Part shown: piece by piece, positions 57,723 through 64,000 of the stretch
Position numbering within the stretch: the first letter of the stretch is position 1
How the letters are laid out: every line of letters begins with the position of its first letter
Source: a virus
IMG/VR virus record: IMGVR_UViG_3300042453_005424
Span: 1-64,000 of that record
Reading direction: 5' to 3' (one strand)
DNA: 64,000 bases
The notes under the pieces: model-generated
What the model saw: the letters and a program-made list of their open reading frames with translations, nothing else
Databases searched by the model: none
What the model was told of the DNA's origin: nothing
Made by a program: the position numbers and the translations under genes

Positions 57723-57750
57723 TTGCGAGCTGCAAGAAACATGATACAAT
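57723..57750 (+). promoter_or_regulatory. Sigma70-type promoter with extended -10
   Basis: TTGCGA-16 nt-TACAAT, preceded by TGa. Confidence 0.55.
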
Positions 57751-57859
57751 AATTAATAGCAATGGAGCAGATCCTCGATCCCTCTGGGAAATAGCAAAAT
57801 ATTTCCTGTTGCGTTTGGACTTTTCGTTGCTATATTAACAATCAACCAAACTTAAATAT

Positions 57860-58255
57860 ATGGCAGACAAAAACATTAAAAAAACCAAAGTAGCCACCCA
57901 CGATGTTGGAGGGCTCAAAAGCACAAGATACGAAAAAATTCAAGTAAGCTATGGAACAATTGCCACGACAGATTGGACATGGGGAACGACTGGTGCCGGA
58001 GATGACGTACTGATCTTTTCCGAAGTTCCTTCTCAGGATATTATTCGCGCCACGATCGTACTTCACCGTACAAGCCCTGTTGTTTTGGATATCTATCCCG
58101 GAACAAATACAGCTGCAGTGATTGACTGGGTTGTCGGAGGAACAGCTGCTGATCGCCCGCAGATTAGTTATGTTATCAACTATGTTCGAGGAACAGGTTC
58201 GGTAGGAACTTCTGGCCCCGGAGATCTTCTTCGCGTTAGACCTAAAGTTTCCTAA
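57860..58255 (+). CDS. Probable abundant beta-rich virion protein (monocistronic)
   Basis: 131 aa with its own promoter, a structured leader and a strong terminator; TKVA site. Confidence 0.5.
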   Translation: MADKNIKKTKVATHDVGGLKSTRYEKIQVSYGTIATTDWTWGTTGAGDDVLIFSEVPSQDIIRATIVLHRTSPVVLDIYPGTNTAAVIDWVVGGTAADRPQISYVINYVRGTGSVGTSGPGDLLRVRPKVS

Positions 58256-58282
58256 AAAACTTACTGTAATCGTAGCTATTAT

Positions 58283-58307
58283 AAAAAGGGCCTTCGGGCC
58301 CTTTTTT
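58283..58307 (+). terminator. Intrinsic terminator (cUUCGg loop), potentially bidirectional
   Basis: AAAAAGGGCC-TTCG-GGCCCTTTTTT. Confidence 0.9.
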
Positions 58308-58439
58308 AGTAGCTTATAAAATTTGCTTAATTTTTTGCTTGCAGCCGAACAGATTTTATTGAATATTGGAGCAAGCTTTTAAATCGCCGGTAATAAATAG
58401 CTACTTAAAATTTTAATCTTAATCTTATACTGTATAAAA

Positions 58440-58607
58440 ATGCCTGAACCTTTAAGCACAAAAGAAAAAGTTTTTAACCTAGTTATAGAATTAGAGGATA
58501 TTAAAAAAGCCAAAAGATCCGCAGTAAAAAGTTATAACGAAGATATCAAAAGAATCTCTGATGAAATAAAAGAACTTATTGACGGCGAGGATGAAAAAAA
58601 GGCCTAA
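58440..58607 (+). CDS. Small coiled-coil protein (55 aa, below the track cutoff)
   Basis: MPEPLSTKEKVFNLVIELEDIKKAKRSAVKSYNEDIKRISDEIKELIDGEDEKKA. Confidence 0.6.
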   Translation: MPEPLSTKEKVFNLVIELEDIKKAKRSAVKSYNEDIKRISDEIKELIDGEDEKKA

Positions 58608-58637
58608 CCGTTTTAACTTAAACATAATAATAATTTA

Positions 58638-58916
58638 ATGAGTAACACTAAAGTAGAATTACCTGTAGTCACAGAAACAAGCACCGAAGGAAAGCACCCG
58701 TCTATTCTTTTAGTAGCTGACGGCCTTCGTCAAGCTGAAGAAAATTTAAAAGACCAAGAAGCTAATATTAAAAAATTTACAGAACAGCTTCAAAATCTGC
58801 ATAGTTTGAGGATCGCGACTATGGCTCAAAGGAATTTGCTTCTTGAGCTTCAAAATAAAATCGTAGAGTTGGAGCAGCTTCAACCTTCCGCACCCAAGCC
58901 TACGGCTGCAGAATAA
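58638..58916 (+). CDS. Coiled-coil hypothetical protein
   Basis: 92 aa with a heptad pattern. Confidence 0.6.
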   Translation: MSNTKVELPVVTETSTEGKHPSILLVADGLRQAEENLKDQEANIKKFTEQLQNLHSLRIATMAQRNLLLELQNKIVELEQLQPSAPKPTAAE

Positions 58917-58936
58917 CGTAAAATTTTGAGTTAGCG

Positions 58937-59275
58937 ATGATTATAGATTTTGCCATCGTAGCTTTGGTATTAAGCTATTTTTTAGTAGTCTGGCTAAAAA
59001 CGGACGCGTTTGCTGAATACATGATATTATTTAGATTAACAAAATTATTTCATATGGAAGAATATAAGCAATTACGCGCAGACGGCTACGATGGAAACTA
59101 TATCGATTTTTTAGTAGAATATTATAAAGATAAATTTTTTGTCAGGCTTTTGTCATGCCCTGTGTGTTTGAGTTTTTGGTTAGGAATGGCAGCTATAGCT
59201 ATAAATGGGCTAGGAGCAATAATTGTTCCTCCTTTGGTGTTGTTTTCATATCTGCTATTTAATAAACTAATGTAA
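58937..59275 (+). CDS. Membrane protein with CxxC motif (DUF1360-like)
   Basis: Hydrophobic helices and LLSCPVCLSFW; its stop overlaps the next ATG. Confidence 0.6.
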   Translation: MIIDFAIVALVLSYFLVVWLKTDAFAEYMILFRLTKLFHMEEYKQLRADGYDGNYIDFLVEYYKDKFFVRLLSCPVCLSFWLGMAAIAINGLGAIIVPPLVLFSYLLFNKLM

Positions 59276-61290
59276 TGTCATTAGAAGTTAAACCCGATAC
59301 GGTTAAATTTGGCGACGATCCCGCCAGACCTAAAAAATATTACGCGACTTATATCCCTCCCGTAGAGTCGGGAGGCCCTGCTTGCGAACTACCGAATCCT
59401 TTAACTTATACTAGCGAGCTGCAGAGCGCGCTCCCGATGAATCAAACTTGTACGTTTGAATTCCCGGAAGCCATAGCTATCCCTCCGATATATAATCCTC
59501 CTCCACCTAAAATCATAGCGTGTGAAGCATTCACCGCGACTACATCTCTTATAGCCAGTGGAGCAGCCAAATCCACCATATTAAATCTAATTGCTGCAGG
59601 ACCTAAAGAATGTGGAATAGAATTGACGGGTATCATAGATGTCCAGGCTTGCGAAGAATTTACTGCTAATGTGGATATAGACTTCGGATCTTCGCATCGT
59701 AAAGCCGGAAGTTCCGCAGCCATTACATCTACAAGCTCTCCACAATGCGGACTGAACCTCACAGGCTATTTTGATGTATTGGTTTGTGAAGAATTGACCG
59801 TTAACACAGATGTCCAGTTTAGTGGTGCTGCTGATAAAGGAAGCTCACTTCTATTAGGTAAAACTAGTGAAGCTCCTCTTTGTGGTCTAGACTTAACCGG
59901 GTTAATTAATGTGCAAGCTTGCGAAACATTCGAAGCTAGTGCGGATATAACCTTCGGAGGTGCGAACGAAAAAGGCGGCAGTTCAATAAGTTTAGTCTCT
60001 CGAAATCAGCCTGAATGCGGGCTAGAATTGACCGGCGTTATAAACGCTTTAGCTTGTGAAGAATTGACCGTTAACACAGATGTCCAGTTTGGTGGTGCTG
60101 CAGAAAAAGGAGGGAGCTCAATTGTATTAAATACAACTAGTGAAGCTCCTCTTTGTGGTCTAAACTTAACCGGCAATATAAATGTTTTGGCTTGCGAAAC
60201 ATTCGAGGCCGACGGGACAATATCTATAACTGGTGCAGGAGTTTCCGGAGGGCCTATAACTGTTACATCTCGAACTGTACCTGCCTGCGGGTTAACTTTA
60301 AGCGGTGATGTATCTATCGATGTATGTGAAACATTCGACGCCAGTGGAAGCTTGGATGTGACCGGCATGTCCGGAGCGTCAGGACAACTGAGCGTGGTTT
60401 CTCGAGGGAAGCCTGCCTGTGGGGTAGATATTAACGGGCAAATTGTATTACCACAGGTTTGTGAAAATTTTCAACTGAGTGTGTCTGGAGGTTCTATATC
60501 TATAAGTATAAGTAGCCCTTGCGGCGGGAACAGTGGTACAATTAATTTAAATCCTGCGGTTTCAGTTATGGGTCCGCCGACTTGCGGTGCGACGATAGCG
60601 CTCGGGAGTGGCTCGATAAGCTTAGATGTAGGTAATGTTCAATGTGAACAAAATAATTATCAGTCTAGTAGCTGGGGCGGGGGCAGCAGTAGCTGGGGCG
60701 GGTGCAGCAGTAGCTGGGGTTGCTGCGGATGTGTTACCAGCACTGGGCAAGGTTGTTGTGCAGGCTGTACATATAGCGCTTGTTGCGGCAGCTACTACGA
60801 CCCGTCGTCAAATCCCGATGGTTGCTGTACATATAGCCAGTGCTGCTGGCTTAGCGAGTCTAGCGGCGGAGGAAGTAGTAAAAATAGCGCTATTGTTCCA
60901 GCGTCATGGCAAAAAACAGGCTACACAGCACTTTCTGTTGTTGAAGCCCCGGAGGTAAGATTTGAAGATGTGTTTGACGTTACTCTATACAGCGAAGAAG
61001 AACTTGTTCCTATAGACCCTAGATTTGTGGAAGTTTGTGAGCCTGGCACATTGCGTGTTTGCGGCGTAGTTGCAGAAGAACCTGTCTTAATTGGAGCCAA
61101 AGTAAAAGAAGATTTGATTCGTATAAAAGTTAAACAAATCGATGAAGAAAAATGGCCTCTGCAGGCTACACTTAAATTAACCGGAGTTAGAAGAGGGTTC
61201 GACTGGTATCGTTTTCCTGCAAGAACAAAAGCTCAATACGTTGCGAATGAAGCATTCATCAATTCTGCTTATCCTCCATTTAGAGAATAA
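59275..61290 (+). CDS. Cys-rich repetitive fibre/spike protein with a C-terminal chaperone-like domain
   Basis: Eight ~45-aa CE...CG repeats, a Cys/Ser/Gly-rich tip, then SKNSAIV...EAPEVRFED...IDPRF, a pattern seen at phage fibre C-termini. Confidence 0.6.
   Translation: MSLEVKPDTVKFGDDPARPKKYYATYIPPVESGGPACELPNPLTYTSELQSALPMNQTCTFEFPEAIAIPPIYNPPPPKIIACEAFTATTSLIASGAAKSTILNLIAAGPKECGIELTGIIDVQACEEFTANVDIDFGSSHRKAGSSAAITSTSSPQCGLNLTGYFDVLVCEELTVNTDVQFSGAADKGSSLLLGKTSEAPLCGLDLTGLINVQACETFEASADITFGGANEKGGSSISLVSRNQPECGLELTGVINALACEELTVNTDVQFGGAAEKGGSSIVLNTTSEAPLCGLNLTGNINVLACETFEADGTISITGAGVSGGPITVTSRTVPACGLTLSGDVSIDVCETFDASGSLDVTGMSGASGQLSVVSRGKPACGVDINGQIVLPQVCENFQLSVSGGSISISISSPCGGNSGTINLNPAVSVMGPPTCGATIALGSGSISLDVGNVQCEQNNYQSSSWGGGSSSWGGCSSSWGCCGCVTSTGQGCCAGCTYSACCGSYYDPSSNPDGCCTYSQCCWLSESSGGGSSKNSAIVPASWQKTGYTALSVVEAPEVRFEDVFDVTLYSEEELVPIDPRFVEVCEPGTLRVCGVVAEEPVLIGAKVKEDLIRIKVKQIDEEKWPLQATLKLTGVRRGFDWYRFPARTKAQYVANEAFINSAYPPFRE
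59518..60630 (+). repeat. Eight imperfect ~135-bp coding repeats, including a recent two-unit duplication (270-nt offset)
   Basis: TGTGAAGAATTGACCGTTAACACAGATGTCCAGTTT occurs at both 59785 and 60055. Confidence 0.85.
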
Positions 61291-61410
61291 ATAATATGAT
61301 CACCGGTTATGCTACATATGATGGAGGAAGCTACGGATCAAATAAAGAGAGCGGTTGTTGCTCCAGTTGCTGTACATATAGCCAGTGCTGCTGGCTTAGC
61401 GAGTCTAGCG
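60821..61410 (+). repeat. Identical 45-bp direct repeat (60821-60865 and 61366-61410) shared by two adjacent genes
   Basis: GTTGCTGTACATATAGCCAGTGCTGCTGGCTTAGCGAGTCTAGCG encodes CCTYSQCCWLSESS in both ORFs. Confidence 0.95.
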
Positions 61411-62069
61411 CCGTTCCGGATGGGCCAGATGGGCCAGACTATGATTATGGTTACGGCTGCTGTACATATAGCACCTGCTGCGGCTGTGGTGGTACGGCCA
61501 CCACCGCCACCAAAAAAACAAGCCTCAACTATACTAGCTCCAGCTCTGGCACATTCATTATAGGTGCTCGTGAAAATGAGCGATATCTTCACATGGGGCA
61601 TTTTCCTATAACCGCTATCAAAACTATCAAACCTTCACAAGTTTTAACCAATGGTGAAGAAACATATAATTCAAACGTCGATAATTATGATGTGTCTATT
61701 GTGGGGTTGGTCCACGGCATAAATTTAGAGGAAAATGCAATATCTGTAAGTTTTATAGAGAATGGTGAATTTAAAACTTATAACTTAGCCACAGTAGAAA
61801 TTGTGGAACCTATATCCACCTCGATAAACGGAGCAAAAAACTATGGAAGACGCACAGGGAATTCGGACAGCTCTGTTTTTGCTTTTTCTAACCCTTTCTC
61901 GTATGAAATGTTGACCACCATTAAACTAACTGTACGGACGTCAGGATTAGGTTTAGGCGCTACCGATAGAGAAATCACAGAATCTGATGGAGCAGTCTTA
62001 ACCGCGACTAATAACGCGGAAGTTTATAAATTGATTGCTTATGGAAATGAAGTGTGTAGTTTTAAATAA
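61296..62069 (+). CDS. Fibre-associated protein with a Cys-rich N-terminus
   Basis: 257 aa; two CCTYSxCC motifs followed by a beta-rich domain. Confidence 0.55.
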   Translation: MITGYATYDGGSYGSNKESGCCSSCCTYSQCCWLSESSAVPDGPDGPDYDYGYGCCTYSTCCGCGGTATTATKKTSLNYTSSSSGTFIIGARENERYLHMGHFPITAIKTIKPSQVLTNGEETYNSNVDNYDVSIVGLVHGINLEENAISVSFIENGEFKTYNLATVEIVEPISTSINGAKNYGRRTGNSDSSVFAFSNPFSYEMLTTIKLTVRTSGLGLGATDREITESDGAVLTATNNAEVYKLIAYGNEVCSFK

Positions 62070-62071
62070 CT

Positions 62072-62551
62072 ATGACGAACATACGTCCGGCACCAAATCA
62101 TTTTGAAGCTCAACTTTTTGCAGCTATAGCTAGAAGTAACGATAAAACTGCGGAAAAAATTCCCAGTAAACTAAAAAGCAAGTTGTACAGCAAAGCGCAA
62201 TTATGTCGTGATGAAGCATATAAAACTCCAGGATTTGCACAAGCTGTGATATCAGCTGGGGAGGATTATGGAGCATTTGTAGAGCTACACGAAGATAACT
62301 ACTTGGCTATATGTAAACAATACGCATATTGTTCAAACAAGCTTGAGCCAATTCAACTCGCGAGTAGTGACACTGAAGACACACAGCTGCCTGTTATCGC
62401 TCGCATTCAAGATTGTGTTAGAAATACTGCTGCTGAAAACAGCTTTAAAATCGAGCAATTTAGCAACGACATAGATTTTAAAGCTGCGGGCGAGGTAATT
62501 AAAGCGTACACAGACAATTTATTTATATACGAAAATGACTCCGGGAAATAA
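62072..62551 (+). CDS. Hypothetical protein
   Basis: 159-aa ORF within the operon. Confidence 0.55.
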   Translation: MTNIRPAPNHFEAQLFAAIARSNDKTAEKIPSKLKSKLYSKAQLCRDEAYKTPGFAQAVISAGEDYGAFVELHEDNYLAICKQYAYCSNKLEPIQLASSDTEDTQLPVIARIQDCVRNTAAENSFKIEQFSNDIDFKAAGEVIKAYTDNLFIYENDSGK

Positions 62552-63263
62552 ACTTATTAAACACATTTTAGAAATTCCTGAAAATTACCCCGATGTTTCC
62601 GACAAAGAAATATATGAGCTTTATAATCATTCGCTCATGATCTCCGGGACAAAAGGTTTAAAAGTTAAAGTAAATGCTGCTGCGGGATTCGAAGTGGAGC
62701 CATCTTGGGCTTTAGGTACCCCTAGTTGTAGGAAAATAGCTGTTAAAATTTTGAAAGCGAAAGTCGACAAGCACAACATTCGTCAAATTGTAGTTGGCGG
62801 ACACAGAGACCATGCTGTGCTATGGGCTCTACTAGCCGCAGCGCCGGAGGCAAATATAGCTTTCTTAAACATGAGTGAAGTAACAGAAAATGCAGATAAA
62901 AAAGAGAAATTTTCGGCTAATACAGGGCTTTATGGACATTTAGATAAGGATGTTCCAACTTGGCTCATAGGAGGAAAACTTATATTAGGCAGGGCTTATG
63001 CTGAGCAAATACATATTTTAAAAAACACATATGGGTTTAATATTTCAGGACTTTTAACTCTATTTTCAACAATCAATGGAGGTGGGATGAACGTTATGCG
63101 TACTGTGCAGTACCTTTGCGATATAGACAAAAAAGATAATACAGGCAGCAAAAACAAATTTATCTATGATTATTGTATAGGAATTTCTAATAAACCTAAG
63201 AAATCTGAAGAGATTAGCACAATACCTTTCTGGACTTCGAACAATATAACTTATGCTACTTAG
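62535..63263 (+). CDS. Hypothetical alpha/beta protein
   Basis: 242 aa; IVVGGHRDHAVLWALL is Rossmann/PP-loop-like but degenerate. Confidence 0.5.
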   Translation: MTPGNKLIKHILEIPENYPDVSDKEIYELYNHSLMISGTKGLKVKVNAAAGFEVEPSWALGTPSCRKIAVKILKAKVDKHNIRQIVVGGHRDHAVLWALLAAAPEANIAFLNMSEVTENADKKEKFSANTGLYGHLDKDVPTWLIGGKLILGRAYAEQIHILKNTYGFNISGLLTLFSTINGGGMNVMRTVQYLCDIDKKDNTGSKNKFIYDYCIGISNKPKKSEEISTIPFWTSNNITYAT

Positions 63264-64000
63264 CGCGACCAAAATATCCTCTGTTGAAGAAAAATTAGAC
63301 TTGCTTGAACGCTTGTTTGAAAAAAATGCTATCTTAATAGCTTACGAATATGCGCAGAACAAAAACTGGAAGCAAATACTCGCAAGCGATGCTATAATCA
63401 ACGCATTCGAAATCCCAGAAGATAAATTGTATACGATTTATGTTCCATCAAGATTTATTCGTAGGTTTAAAGCAGCTTACAGGGCAAGCCATCCAGCGAG
63501 GTGCATTCGCAGTCTAACTATTAGTGAGAAAGAAAATTTTGCTGTATGTGCTCATGGATTACCTCCTATGCTGCATCTGAGAGACTTCACACAAAGAGAA
63601 ATTTTACTCAGTAAAAAGAATTATATTAGCGAAAAATTGAATGGGATGAATATCGAGATATTTAAACATCAAAATTTATATATTGTTAAAAACAAGCAGA
63701 AGATTTTGCTAGCTTCTAAAGATTTAGAAGAACTTAATGTTCCGGAGGGAACGGCTGTCGGAGCGCGAATTCGAGCATTCCTTGATTATCTAGAGCGGGC
63801 AACGAGAAACCAGCAGGTTTTAACATTCGTTATTTGCGCACCCAGGAAACAATGGAGAGCGCAATACGCGGAAGAATGCGGGAGCGAAAATTCATGGCTA
63901 TCCAGGTTAAATATAAACAAAACAACTTCTTGTGATTTTATTCCCGTGATAGATTATCCAGAAACTAAAGTTGCGCTAACAGGTATAGTTAATTTTCCTT
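63253..64000 (+). CDS. Partial RNA ligase/nucleotidyltransferase-like protein (runs off the window end)
   Basis: Not in the ORF track. Translated by hand from ATG 63253, it is open to 64000 and contains ISEKLNGMNIEI (Kx[D/N]G motif I). Confidence 0.5.
   Translation, partial: MLLSATKISSVEEKLDLLERLFEKNAILIAYEYAQNKNWKQILASDAIINAFEIPEDKLYTIYVPSRFIRRFKAAYRASHPARCIRSLTISEKENFAVCAHGLPPMLHLRDFTQREILLSKKNYISEKLNGMNIEIFKHQNLYIVKNKQKILLASKDLEELNVPEGTAVGARIRAFLDYLERATRNQQVLTFVICAPRKQWRAQYAEECGSENSWLSRLNINKTTSCDFIPVIDYPETKVALTGIVNFP

Noticed and set aside
57713-58637. tRNA genes in the intergenic gaps
   Set aside because: I found no cloverleaf or TTCRA T-loop in a tRNA context; the gaps are explained by leaders, a terminator and a small ORF.
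60821-61410. Diversity-generating retroelement TR/VR pair or shufflon
   Set aside because: The copies are identical (no adenine-specific mismatches), short and direct rather than inverted, and no reverse transcriptase or invertase is visible.
60635-61601. Alternative-frame Ala/Val-rich ORFs (60635..60958, 61309..61563, 61338..61601)
   Set aside because: They are by-products of TGC/AGC/GGC-rich Cys-Ser-Gly coding; the main frames are continuous with the flanking domains.
1-64000. Stop-codon reassignment, as in some large phages
   Set aside because: The standard code gives long, tightly packed ORFs; TAG and TGA both end genes at plausible boundaries.

Overview
This 64-kb window looks like part of a large (jumbo-type) contractile-tailed phage genome, AT-rich and read in the standard genetic code. 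No portal, terminase, tRNA or CRISPR array was seen. From 48.9 kb down to 1 the minus strand carries, in order: two multi-subunit RNA polymerase genes (a beta-C/beta'-N fusion with the catalytic GADCDGDQ motif, and beta'-C), putative head-internal proteins, a prohead protease, scaffold-like proteins, decoration protein, major capsid protein, neck proteins, sheath, tube, spike, frameshifted tail chaperones, tape measure, hub, a sigma-70-family factor, and baseplate wedge and fibre genes. At about 49.3 kb the coding strand switches at an HUH Rep-like gene. The plus strand then carries more putative head-internal membrane proteins, the RNAP beta-N fragment, a Cys-rich fibre cassette and a truncated ligase-like gene. 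The best candidate for an undescribed system is a virion cargo package. About 20 head-region proteins share K-x-[A/S] putative maturation sites, about 7 of them carry a recurrent [FY]xxG[FILMV]xxx[ACL]xxxG helix or a variant of it, and about 10 carry glycine-zipper membrane segments. They are encoded among the pieces of an unusually split and fused RNAP. All assignments come from motif recognition by eye and gene order; no database searches were run.
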